Origin: Octopus bimaculoides
Taxonomy: Eukaryota
Assembly (NCBI RefSeq): GCF_001194135.2
Contig: NC_068985.1
Coordinates: 9,290,752 to 9,354,751 of the forward strand
Direction: 5' to 3'
DNA: 64,000 bases
Of this stretch, positions 38,564 to 50,944 are shown one piece after another. Numbering within the stretch: position 1 is the first letter of the stretch; every line of letters starts with the position of its first letter. Below the pieces are notes generated by a model. The model ran no database searches and had not been told where the DNA came from. It saw only the letters and a program-made list of their open reading frames with translations. Both the position numbers and the translations under genes were made by a program.

Positions 38564-38897
38564 CAATAGCACAAGCTGGCATGCTGACACAATTCACGCA
38601 CATGTCGGCCAAACAGAGGTTCATCAGAAATATTCGCCCGACTTTATTTAGCTTTTGGTTCTTGTAATGAATAATGAAGCTGATAGGATTGGTCACCATA
38701 CCGAAACAGGACACGGTAAGCAATATTATGAGGTAGATTATGGCTAAGATTGGTTTACTTTGTAGGAGAGGAGTTCTGTATTGAACAGATGCCGTTGAGT
38801 TGAGAGGAGACACTGTAACCACAGAATTTGATGTCATATCTAGGCTGAAGAACGACATGTTAGATGTGGCCACGTCGTGAAGTGAATCAAACATCAT
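38564..38897 (-). CDS. Class-A GPCR, melatonin-receptor-like, coding exon 1 (N-terminus, TM1, TM2)
   Basis: ORF MMFDSLH...PACAI: N-glycosylation sequons NMS and NST, hydrophobic TM1 with N1.50 (GMVTN), TM2 NLCLADMCV. Strong donor ATTG|GTAAGT at 38563 (phase 1); the ORF past it runs into microsatellite. Confidence 0.9.
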
Positions 38898-38965
38898 TGT
38901 GAGACGAATGGAGGTGGAATTGGATATGAGGCCACAACACGTAAATTGAACTCCAATAACGGACT
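38898..38965 (-). other. Probable splice acceptor and 5' UTR part of GPCR exon
   Basis: Minus-strand TTATTTCTATTTTTCAG| (AG at 38965-38964), then 66 nt without ATG before the start codon. Confidence 0.5.
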
Positions 38966-39245
38966 GAAAAATAGAAATAATGGTTTAATAGTTCTGTATT
39001 GAAATTTGTAATGATATTTAGCGTATTCGATCCTTGGTTTGTTTTTGCATTGAACTACGGCCACGCTGGGGCAACCCCTCGAATGGTTTATTTCTACAGG
39101 TCAAAGTATTTATGTCTTAATAAAATCTGGTGCTTATTATATTAGTCACTTTGGTCGAACCGCTATGATATGGGGACGTAAACAAACCAACACCGGTTGT
39201 CAAACGGTAGTGGACATAAAGACATACACACACAAAGACACACAC

Positions 39246-39284
<39 letters not shown>

Positions 39285-39709
39285 CGGCAAGCTTTTTTCA
39301 GTTTCCGCCTGCTGAATCTACTCGGGTGGATTTGGCCGGCCCAGGGTTCTACTAGAAGACATTTAACTTAGGTCCGTCGCAGTGGGACTGAACCCAGAAC
39401 CTGGTGGTAGGAAAGCAAACATCTTACCACACAGCCAGAAAGCATAACTCTCAAATCCTTTAGTATTGAAAAAAATACCAAAGAAACAACTAACCCTTTA
39501 GCATTTAAACCGGCCATATCCAACCGAAATATTCAGCCCTTTTTATATTCAAACCAGCCAGATCTGGCTTGTCACACCTACCTTTCAAATATACAATCAC
39601 ATTATTGAAATTGCTTATCTACAAGATAATGTTTGATTAATTCAAAACAATATGAGTAAATAAACATTGTATTTGCTAGAGTGATCTGAATGCTAAAGGG
39701 TTAAACAGT

Positions 39710-40930
39710 AAGATGGCAAATTAGCAAAAGCCTCGGACAGAGTACTTCACGGTATTTACTCCGATTCACTGACCTCTGAGTTCAAATCCCGCCGAGGTCA
39801 ATTTTGTCTTTCTAAGTCAATAAAATCAGGTATCAGCTAAAAAAACTAGCATAGATTATATCGATTAAACCCACCCTCCACAAATTTGCTAACCATTTGC
39901 CTAAATAAGATACAATTACGTGCAGAAAGCTGTCAGAATCGTTTGACGTCGGAAGAATTACTTGTTTTGACATATTTCTTGTGGGTTTTATGTTCGCAGT
40001 TCATTCAGTGCCGAATACCAGGGTAGATTGTAACAACTAAGGTCCTCCCACTCAAACTTTCCATGTGCCTAAATTCACTCTCGGATGTTGTTACACATCG
40101 CTAGTTATAATGCACTTCGCACCAGTTCTTAGCTTTCCAATGATGCCTCCCTGCATCTGGGAAAAGGCTGATCAGAAGTTAGTTCGTCACAGAGTAAGCC
40201 GTTGACAGCTGGGTGGATGGCAATAACGTGAAATGAAATGTTTTACTCAAGAACACAAAGCACTGCTTGGTCCAGGAATCGAACACACGATCTAGTGATC
40301 GTGAATGTTACACCCTAACCACCAGGTCACGCGCCCAAACAGGTTTTAAATTAGAAAAACCATTATAATGACTTCAAATCCCGCCGAGGCCAACTTTACC
40401 TTTCTTCCTTTCGGGTTTGATATAATCCTATAATCAATCAAGAGCTGTAGGCAGAGGGTATCGATTCACCTCCTTCCTTAAAGCTATTGACCTCATGCCA
40501 AAATTAGAAAGAACTAAAGGCGGTGGGTTGTCAGAATCATTAGCGCGTCGGACAAAATGCTTAGCGGTTTTTCTTCTAGTTTTACATTCTGAGTTCAAAT
40601 TCCGACGAAGGTTGACTTAGCCTTTCTTCCTTTCGGAGTTGATAAAATAAGCACCAGTTACACACTGGGATTGGTGTAATCGACTTACCCCCTGCCTCGA
40701 AATTTCTGGCCTTGTACGAAAATGTGAAATCATTATTATAACGGAAACGAGGAGCAGAATCGTTTAGCAAGCTGGCCAAAATGCTTAGAGCGTTTCTATT
40801 GGCTTTAGGTTTTGAGTTCAAATTTGTCCTCCTTTCGAAGTTGATAAAAAAAAGAAAAATACCAATCAAGCACTGAGGCCGATTTGATCAACTAGACCTC
40901 CAAATTTCAGGCCTTGGTCATATGGTAGAA
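39710..40930 (+). mobile_element. Cluster of decayed SINE family 1 copies (with a family 4 copy on minus)
   Basis: Repeated B-box and 3' segments. Confidence 0.75.
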
Positions 40931-40934
40931 AGGC

Positions 40935-40995
<61 letters not shown>

Positions 40996-41017
40996 CATTA
41001 TTATTATTATTATTATT

Positions 41018-41300
41018 CAGTAGTCTTGGTTTTATCACGTTCTTCCACTGCACTACCGAGCACATCTCTGTGTGCCTTGGGTATGTGCTGTGGTTTGCTC
41101 TGATGCTCTTATGTTTACTGCATTGAAAGTGTTTTGCGTAGGATGTGTGCAGTGCCCAGTAGTGCAATTTTCTGTATGTTGTATATATTTGTAAGTCCTG
41201 GTATTTTTGTTATGCATTTGTCTGAATATTTTTTTATCATACCTAATGCGCCTACTATGATAGGAACTGTTTCTGTTTTTAGAATCCACATTCGATAATT
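41018..41300 (-). mobile_element. R4/Dong-like 3' end (subfamily A) between (TTA)n tracts
   Basis: TETVPIIVGALG...GTAHILRKTLSMQ*; 3' UTR very similar to 3466-3570. Confidence 0.9.
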
Positions 41301-41334
41301 ATTATCATCATCATCATCATTATTATTATTTTTA

Positions 41335-41369
<35 letters not shown>

Positions 41370-42080
41370 AAAGCGACAAGCTGGCACGGCAGAATCGTTA
41401 GCATTAGTAAAGTCGGGCGAAATGCTTAGCAGCATTCTACATTCAGAGTAGAAATTATTATTATTATCGCAAAGACACTAGGGTCGATGTAAACGGTTAT
41501 CTCCTCCCGCCAAAAATCTACAGGCCTTGTGCCTTTAGTAGAAAGAATAGTAAAGTGATGATTAGCAGAATCATAAGAGCATCAAACAAAATGCCAAGCG
41601 TCATTTAATCTGGCTGGTTGTGGACTCAGTTCATGCCTCAGCAGGTTTGCATCTCATTCTTTCATGATCGATCAGTCAAGTACTGGCTCAGTTTAATCGA
41701 TTAACTGATTAATTTGCCTCCACACATTTCAGGCCTTGTGCTTTTGCTAGAAACAGTTATTATCGGCGAGCTGGCAGAACTGGTAGCACGCTGGACGAAA
41801 TGCTTAGCGGCATTTCACCAGTCGCTACGTTCTGAGTTCAAATTCTGTCGAGGTCGACTTTGCCTTTCATCCTTTCGGAGTCGATAAATTAAGTACCAGT
41901 GAAACACTGGCGCCTATGTATTCGATTAATCCCCCTCCGCACAAATTTCAGGCCTTGTGCCTTTAGTAGAAAGGATTATTACTAAAGGCTAAAGTTTTAG
42001 AGCGTCGAATTAATTGTAATACTTTACGTTCTGAGTTCAAATCTCACTGTGGTCAAACTTTGTGTTTTATCCTTACTTGG
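41370..42080 (+). mobile_element. Tandem SINE family 1 copies
   Basis: 41762-41975 is near consensus. Confidence 0.85.
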
Positions 42081-42164
42081 TAGATAAAAAAATAGTACAG
42101 TCTTGTACTGAAATCGATATCGCCGACTAAGCCCTCTTCTAAATTTATTATTAAACAAATCGTC

Positions 42165-42540
42165 GTGGCACTCCGTCTGTTGCGACGACGAGTGTTCCAG
42201 TTGATCCGATCAACGGAACAACCTGCTCGTGAAATTAACGTGCAAGTGGCCGAGCACTCCACAGACACGTGTACCCTTAATGTAGTTCTCGGGGATATTC
42301 AGCGTGACACAGAGTGTGACAAGGCTGGTCCTTTGAAATACAGGTACAACAGAAACAGGAAGAAAGAGTGAGAGAAAGTTGTGGTGAAAGAGTACAGCAA
42401 GGTTCGCCACCAGCCCCTGCCGGAGCCTCGTGGGGCTTTAGATGTTTTCGCTCAATAAACATTCACAACGCCCGGTCTGGGAATCGAAACCGTGATCATA
42501 CGACCGCGGAGTCTACTGCCCTAACCACTGGGCCAATGCT
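42165..42540 (-). mobile_element. SINE family 2
   Basis: Matches the other three copies. Confidence 0.9.
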
Positions 42541-42942
42541 CATCTACTATTATTACATATATTCTTTTAATCAAAGGTAATGTCATTCGTTCAACGCTTG
42601 GTGTATCATTATGCATTTTAGATTAGCTGATAAAACTATTATATACTAATAAGACAAAGAGATTTGAATATATCATATTTGTTTGTTGTTAGCTTATCTG
42701 ATAGACAAATAAATAAAGGACATAGATTTGAATACAAGAGAAGTGTTTTTGTCAGTTGGAGAAGGGCCTAAATATTTGTATTGTTAAATTGATTGACAAT
42801 GTTGTAGAATACCCGATTAAGTTTGGAAATTTTTTAAATGTTCAGAAATTTTTTAAATGTTCACTAATATCTTATTCTTTATCGATAAATTCTAGATAAT
42901 AACCGTAATATTTTTTTTTTTTTAAATAATAAAGTAGATTAG

Positions 42943-43180
42943 TCTTACCTTTGCAAAACACAATGTTCTTTAGTGGTCTGGATCAGCCAAATATATTTTG
43001 GTATATTGATTATGTGAGTTAAACGAGAGCACAGACGGACGAACGCGTCGATGTTGATTTTATGAAGACAAATTATCGTGTTAAGTTCTAGAAGTTACAC
43101 CGAAAAATAAACAGAGCCATTGTTTATGCATGGTTGGGAGATTCTAAGATTGGTGCATCGCAACAAAAGAAAATTTATAT
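42943..43180 (-). promoter_or_regulatory. Candidate non-coding first exon and core promoter of the GPCR
   Basis: Donor AG|GTAAGA at 42948 and TATAAA at 43179-43174 within a TE-free unique block; motif-only inference. Confidence 0.25.
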
Positions 43181-43497
43181 TTCCGTCACAAAGGAGTGGA
43201 ACAAATTGTCCTTATTCTATTTCATTATTTTCTTTGTTTTCATTGACCATTCGTACGTGCGTTGGTCAAGCACAAAATCGTGAATGAATACAGGTTATAT
43301 GATATGGAAGGTTGAAAGCAAAGACATTTTCTTTCTTTTCGATTCGTAGCAATTGAAAACCGACAGACAACAAAGAGCATCCATTTTGAATTTTATGTTT
43401 CGTTTTTCTATGCATATGAATATATTATCCTACGTACAGAATTGTATACCTCCTATCTTTGTGAACCTTCTAGAATTATATTTTGTGTGTCAAATAA

Positions 43498-43539
<42 letters not shown>

Positions 43540-43734
43540 TATAACTCCATTATCTTCCCTGTATCTTCCACTCATACAATATTACAAGATGAAGTGGGTT
43601 TGGTCAATGATTTGGGAACCGCCCATTCTACCAAATATAAATGCTTATATAAACATGGAGAAAAGAAACCAACGAGCAAGTAATACGTAGAGTAAATCTG
43701 TATATGGGAACTTGCGTAGAAGGCTTTAAGTGTG

Positions 43735-43772
<38 letters not shown>

Positions 43773-46273
43773 TACATATATGTGTGGGAGAGGTCGTTGT
43801 GTGTACCAAAGGTCCTTCCCGTTCCATAGGCTCATGAGGCCGTTTTCTCGTCTGTGGCGTGTATATTCACCCATGAGCAGTAATTCCAAAGTTTCGCTGC
43901 CGACCAAACTCCGAGGTCACAATCAACTTTTTTCTTACGAAAAATATGTATGTATGTATTTATACTCACACGTTCATACGCTCACACAACCAAATAACAA
44001 AACACATATTATTAACACATATATATTTCAATGGTATATTGTTCTCTGTTTACATATGAATATGGCCGGCGACTAGCGGACAGAAACCCCTTTTAGGCGT
44101 TTCCCACTCATACACATATACACAAACGTTAAACGATAACAGAGGAGGATCTCAGCACTTCAGCAAATAAACATTTAAACTCCCCCTTCTGATTACTATT
44201 TCGTTGGAACAAACATACATCCATATATATATATAGGTTCATTTATTTATGCGAGTTATGTTTGCAATTGTAAATAAAGTCAAAGTCAGATGGCTAGATA
44301 TCTATACAAGAGGCATCCTGGTTTACATAGCAATTGCGATAGTGATTCTATTCATACGATACAGGATTTAGTAAACAAATTTAATTCTAAATGGAAACCC
44401 GAGAACAAACTTCCTCGTCTAAAAGTCACCATGTTCTTTTGCAAGAAAGAAAACGAATTTTCAAACGACAAGCAAGAAAATGTTTAAATTTGTTTTTAGC
44501 TATAGATCAATATATATTTAATCGATGATCGAATGAATTCGAGATGAATTTCGACTGGTTACTAAACCAGCTATTCAATCATAGGAACGAACGAACGAGC
44601 TCATTGGTTCTCCAACTTCCAGATGCCAGGCCCCACCAAAATATAAACAAAATTCTTTTGAACCCATCCTAATTTATTAGAAGACGAAATTAAATTTGCA
44701 TCTATACAATTTTCCTTTCTTTAAAGAGTCTGATACCATCTTAATGTTATCAAGTATAGCAATTTGTTCGTCTTTTGTCGATCCTCTCTGCTCACACCCG
44801 AGAGTGAGGCTTAGGCTTTGCTATCAGAAACATTGAACTAACCATCATTGACAGAGCTTCTATTTGGTCACAAGACTCGCATGAAAAACAACTAAAACTC
44901 CTTGAAATTATAATTTGCTGCTTTTAATAAAATATCACATTAGATAATATGCTATGTTTTCAGACATATGCACAGCCCTGAAGTTTGGAGATGGGTTTTA
45001 GTCGTGAAAATCGACTAAAGACTTGACTGGTTCTTCATTTTATCGAACCCGGAAGAATGAAATACAAAGCTGACCTCGATGGAGTTTGAACTCAGAATTT
45101 AAAGATCTCGATGTAATTTGAACTCAGAACGTAAAGAGCAGGAAAGATGTTGTAGAGTATTGTTTTCGGACGTTCAAATGATTCTGCTAATCCACCGCCC
45201 TTATGAGATTGCCACACCGGGTCGCTTCTGATTTTACTGGACAAAATGCTTAGCGCCGTTTTTTTCTAACTTTATGTTCTGAGTTCAAATTCTGTCGTTT
45301 AAGTTTTGCCGAGGAAAAAATAGGGGCTGATAATGATCCCTTTGGTCATAGGTCTGTTCTACCTGTTGATTTGAGACTAGACAACAGCTATGATTATAAT
45401 AACCATACAGTAATTCACAGTAGTTATAATTGTTGATGCTGTTGGTGCTTGCCAAGAATAACTTTATTTCAATAAATTTCGCCATTAACGGCGTTACATA
45501 GAGGGGACAGACAAAGACAGACATAAAGTAGCTGCGGGCTAGACATGGACATTAATGAGATGAGGGTGATAAGGATGAAACAAATAATGAGAGAGGCACC
45601 AGCGCCCGCCGACTGATAACCCCTCGAAAACATTGTTTTTTTCTTTTTTCCTTTTAAAATTACAATTTTTACATAATTTCAATATATTAACAATTTCAAT
45701 ATATTAACAATTTCAATATATCATAATTTTCCTCATTCCACCCCTCCGGTGCCAAGAATAACTTACCACCTCATGGAGCCTATTTTCGTTTATCTGGACA
45801 GAGCTAATCAAAGTTACGTGTTACATCCATAGTTTTTGTACTGCGTTAATCTCCAAACACTTCCATCTATATTTTCATAGTTAACTTCTATCGTATCTTT
45901 TCTGTTGCTGTCACACTTTTCTATTTCTTTTTTAATCTTATTCCAATTGTTTTCAAATTTGGTGTACTGATGTAGTTTTGTATGCTAATTATGGAAACGA
46001 AATTCATTTTTGCGATAAACTAGCAATTAAAAAGGTAATAGCTTTTAAAATTTGCAAATTTGGGGTAATTTTAGCCAATCGAAAGCCACAGATATATTGG
46101 TACCTGTTTCCATAGTAACAAGCCAAGGTATAGTTTGCTTAAACTACTACAGCCAGGTGTATTGTCTTTACCTGTCTATTTTCTTTGATAAGTGCCTCTA
46201 TTCTGAACGTTTGGACCACCGCGTTTTTGTCATTTTCACCTGTTTGGGGTTTTTTGTGTTTACTCTTTTATTC

Positions 46274-46551
46274 TTTTACTTGTTTCAGTCATTTGACTGT
46301 AGCCATGCTGGAGCACCGCTTTTAGTCGAGCAAATCGACCCCAGAGCTTATTGTTTGTAAGCCTAGTACTTATTCTATCGGTCTCTTTTGCCGAACTGCT
46401 AAGTTACGGGGACGTAAACACACCACCATCAGTTGTCAAGAAACCGATAGAATAAGTACTAGACTTACAAAGAATAAGTCCTGGGGTCGATTTGCTCGAC
46501 TAAAGGCGGTGCTCCAGCATGGCCGCAGTCAAATGACTGAAACAAGTAAAA
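46274..46551. repeat. Inverted duplication of the SINE family 3 3' end
   Basis: 109-bp arms (46274-46382 and 46443-46551), about 7 mismatches, 60-bp spacer. Confidence 0.9.
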
Positions 46552-47104
46552 AAGTTAAAAAAAGAGTAAAGAGTATACCTGATCCACATTTCACATGACT
46601 TTATTCATTAAAACTTAATTAAAACTTCAAAACTTCTAACGAATTTGTCGTTATAATGACATGATAGACAGTTTTCACGCACAAAATGCGTGATAACTTT
46701 AAACCTCTTTAAAACTCTATAACATTTTCCAAAAATTTTTCTGAAACAAGTGAATAATAACATCAGACTCGGCGAGAAAAAAATACATCTGTATAACAAA
46801 TTTGATCATGTTTACTTTAAAATTTCAAAAGCTTTGTCAGCAACAGAAAGGATCCGTTAATAGCTTTTTTGAAATTTTGGGTAATTTTAGCCAATAGAAA
46901 GCTACAGATACAACAGTGCCTGTTTCCATAGTAACGAGAGAAGCTATAGTGTGCTTAACCAATACCACGTGTATTTTCTTCACTTGTGTATTTTCTTTGA
47001 TGTGTGCCTATTTCCTGGACCTCTGTAGCTCATTTTCATCATTTTCACCTGTATTTTTGAGAATCGGATATTTTTGGTTGCCGCTCTGTCACTACCTCAT
47101 TTTC

Positions 47105-47745
47105 TGTCGTTCTCACAACGCTGCTTTACGGCTGCGAGTCCTAGACGGTCTACCAGCGTCCTGCCAAGAAGCTGAACCACTTTCATACAATACGCCTCAA
47201 AAAATATCTCGGCATAAAGTGGCAGGACAGGATCCCGGATACCGAGGTACTAATACGTACTAACCTGCCCAGCATCGATACCATCTTGATGCAGTCTCAG
47301 CTTCGCTGGGCAGGGCACGTAGCTCGCATATCAGACGATCGATTACCAAAAAGATTGCTCTTTGGCGAGCTGCAGAAGGGAAAGCGCTCACAAGGCGGCC
47401 AGAAGAAGCGCTTTAAGGACACACTGAAAGCCTCACTGAAAGCCTTCAGCATCGACCATGCAACTTGGGAGCAGTCTGCTCTAGACAGAGAAAGATGGCG
47501 ATCAGCTGTCCGCAAGGGTGCCAACACATGCGAGACCAATAGGATCGCTGCTGCAGAAGACCGCAGACAAGCCAGGAAGAACAGAGCTAACAACTCTGTA
47601 GCAGGTGCTACCATTCCCTGTCCACACTGTCAAAGACTCTTTCGGGTGCAGATTGGCCTCACTAGCCATCTGCGGACCCACAAAAAAAGCCCACCCCACC
47701 CCAGGATGACTAGACGGTCTTCGTCGCATCGACGGACAAACTACA
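47105..47745 (+). mobile_element. 5'-truncated RTE-clade LINE with TSD
   Basis: VVLTTLLYGCES*..., LRWAGHVARISDDRLPKRLLFGEL..GKRSQGGQKKRFKD, C2H2 finger CPHC..HLRTH; 12-bp TSD TACCTCATTTTC at 47093-47104 and 47746-47757. Confidence 0.95.
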
Positions 47746-48689
47746 TACCTCATTTTCATAATTTTGAACTGTTTTTTCCTGGACCTTTTCAACATAAATA
47801 GAATTATAGTCACAACCAACTCGTTTAACCTTTCGAGTGTGATGGAGAAATTGAAAGCTAAGGAGGGTGTGGTTTCTTACTTTCAAGAGAAGACTCTCAA
47901 GATAAGACTCTCAAGATAAGACTCTCAAGATAAGACTCTCAAGAGAGTCTTGTCTCTAAAAGAAAAGTATGTAAAGATAGACTCACCACTACGTGTATAC
48001 TCTTTTAGCCTATGTAATTTCTTAGATGATGAGTCAAACCTTTACCATAGCCCTAATCTCTAACCCTAATCCTAAACCTTAACCTTAACCCTAAATCAAC
48101 CCTAAATACTAACATACAGTTTTATTTTTGTAATCTTTTGTAAAATATTTCGTTGGGGAATTTTTTTCCTTTTTAAATTACGTTTGTTCGACCGTTTCAC
48201 ATAACTTTATTTTTTAAAGCTTACTAAAACCTAGCTTCTTAAAACTTTAGTCGTCGTGACGTTTTGCTTTCATTTTGTTTAATGAAAATTCTATGTCGTA
48301 ATGTTTTTGCCTTCATTTTGTGATAGACCGCTACAACGCAAAAGATACCAGCTTCCATTTCTTGTTTTCTGCTTGAGTAAAAATTATCAAACTTTAAACC
48401 TCTGTAACATTTTTCTGGAACAAATGAACACGAAAATTAAATTCAGCATAAACCATTACTTCAATATACCATATTTTCCCACTGTTTTGCAGTGGTGTTT
48501 TTGTTTCTCCCAAGGTCGTTAGATATATGAGTAAACTTAATTAGCACAAACTGTGAATCGCAACTAATAATTCGTTACACTAAAACCATAATCAGAGTAA
48601 TTATATTATTATAAAAACTATTCGTTACATAAGCTCGCTAGTAGTCCAGGATTGGGGTTAACGATGATGTAGTGAGAAATTCTGTTGAT

Positions 48690-50150
48690 CTTTCTTAATG
48701 GCGTAATAGATATAATTAAAATATTGGTAGTTAAAGAGCTGGGAAAAAAACTACCTGCGTGGGATGTTTTTACGGTTGTTTAAGTTTTCGAGTTCAAGCC
48801 TCACACATTTTATCTCTTCAGGGTGGGTGTATAAAAATAAAGTCCCAAAAACTTCCTGTAGTTGATCTAATCGACTATTCCTCTCTTCTCAAATATTGGT
48901 TTCAAATTTTGGCACAAGGCCAGCAGTTGTGAAGAGGGTATGTAAGTCGATTAGATCGACCCCAGTATTCAACTGGTACTTATTTTATTGACCTCCGAAA
49001 GAATAAAAGGCAAAGTGGACCTCGGTGGAATTTGAAATGTTAACGTGCAGACCCACGAATCGCCGCTAAGCATTTTGTCCAGCGTGCTAAAGCCATAATC
49101 AGAGTAATTATATTATTATAAAAACTGTTCGTTACATAATCATACAAGTAGTCCAGGGTGGGGTTAAGTTTGCTGCTCGCCGCCTTAAAATGGAAAAGCA
49201 TAAAGGAAATCATTTGGCCAGGCTAAGAATTTCTCCTCTCAAACATTGCTGCCCTTTTTATAATTGTATGCTTTTCTACTCCGAGCACAAGGCCCGAAAT
49301 TTTGAGGGAAGGGGCCAGTCGATTAGATCGATCCCAGTATGCAACTGATACCTAATTTATCGATCCCTAAAGGATGAAAGGCAAAGTCGACCTCAGCGGA
49401 ATTTGAACTCAGAATGTAAAGAGAGACGAAATATCGCTAAGCATTTTTCCCCGCGTATTAACGTTTCTTATTTCTTTATTGCCCACAAGGGGCTAAAGAT
49501 AGAGAGGACAAACAAGGACAGGCAAATGGGTTAAGTCGATTACATCGACCCCAGTGCATAACTGGTACTTAATTTATCGACCCCAGTGCATAACTGGTAC
49601 GTCATTTATCGACCCCGAAAGGATGAAAGGCAAAGTCGACCTCGGCGGAATTTGAACTCAGAACGTAACGGCAGACGAAATACCGCTAAGCATTTCGCCC
49701 AGCATGCTAACGTTTCTGCCAGCTCGCCGCATTAAGGCAAGAAATATATTCTTCTCTATTCTAGGCACAAGGCCAGAAATTTTGGGTGAGGGGGGCCAGT
49801 CGATTAGATCGACCCCCAGTACGCAACTGGCGGAATTTGAACTCAGAATATAAATATAGACGAAATACTGCTAAGCATTTCGCCCGGCGTGCTAACGATT
49901 CTGCCAGCTCCCCTCCTTTATAATAATTTTAAAATAATTCTATGAGCAAATAAATAGACTTTTTCAAGGATGATATAATGTTGTGATAATCGACCTTAAT
50001 TAGATAACCGATTTAATTATAACACTAAGGATCAGAGTGGCAGACTCATTAGGGGCGTCGGAAACAAAAGGTACCTAAAGACATTTCTTCTGTATTTTTA
50101 CGTTCTGAGTAGAGTTCAAATCTCACTGAGTTCAGCTTTGCTTTACATCC
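48690..50150. mobile_element. Dense SINE family 1 cluster, mixed orientation
   Basis: (+) 48690-48900; (-) 48895-49200, 49270-49470, 49470-49735, 49750-49915; (+) 50030-50150. Confidence 0.85.
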
Positions 50151-50203
50151 CCCACCATTTTAGTGCGGTGAGGGCATAAAATACAGAACTCGTCAAATAC
50201 AAA

Positions 50204-50727
50204 ATTTTTCATTAATGTTTTACGTAGTGTTTTTGGTACCGAAAGACTTTCAAACTTCGTATACTTATCTATTTTGTGTTATAGAACAGAAAAATATTTT
50301 TGTATTCGAATTTATTTCATGTAAAAAATTGTCTTATTTCGATAATTTCAACCAATCACTGACAAGTATTCAGTTGTTTATATTTACTCCTTTGGCTGAT
50401 TAAGCGATGTAAAGCGTATTTAATCTCCATACCTTCGTTTTATTTGCTTTTTTCATTTTAAATTTGCTCTAACCCTAACCCTAACCCTAGGGTTAGGGTT
50501 AGGGTTAGGGTTAATTGTTTCAGAATCGTTTGTTTATGTAGTCGGCACTTAATGTATATCGGCTGAATGGACGTCAGTGATTGGTTGAAATTACAGAAAT
50601 ACGACAACTTTAACATGGAATAGCTTATGGGTTTCTTTTTTTTTTAAGAAGACTAAGAGAAAAAGATGTTTTATATGACACATTCTACCAGTGTTCCAAG
50701 TTTCAAAGTGTTTCGTTAATGAAAAAT
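50204..50727. mobile_element. Foldback element centred on a (TAACCC)3/(GGGTTA)4 palindrome
   Basis: Perfect 38-bp palindrome 50470-50507; perfect 21-bp inverted pair 50343-50363 and 50573-50593; outer arms homologous. Confidence 0.7.
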
Positions 50728-50944
50728 GTGGCCCCCGTTTTAAAAAAGATCCCAAAATTAAGCCCCAGATATGTAATTAACTTTTCGTTTCCTCTCACAA
50801 ATTATGGACTTGTGCTTCAGTTGGAAATGATTACCATTATAATTGTTTGTTGTACTGAATAAACAAGCAAACCATCAGGCAGAAGTTAATGATGACGCAG
50901 GAGGTTTAATTATTATCCTTAATTACTTAATAGCTATGATTAAT

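Noticed and set aside
44290-44487. 65-aa ORF in unique sequence
   Set aside because: No recognisable motif, splice signal or compositional support.
47891-47944. CRISPR-like short repeats
   Set aside because: Direct tandem 14-mers without spacers, eukaryotic context, no cas genes.
50470-50513. Relic of a telomere-telomere chromosome fusion
   Set aside because: Wrong orientation for a fusion, very short, and embedded in a larger foldback element.
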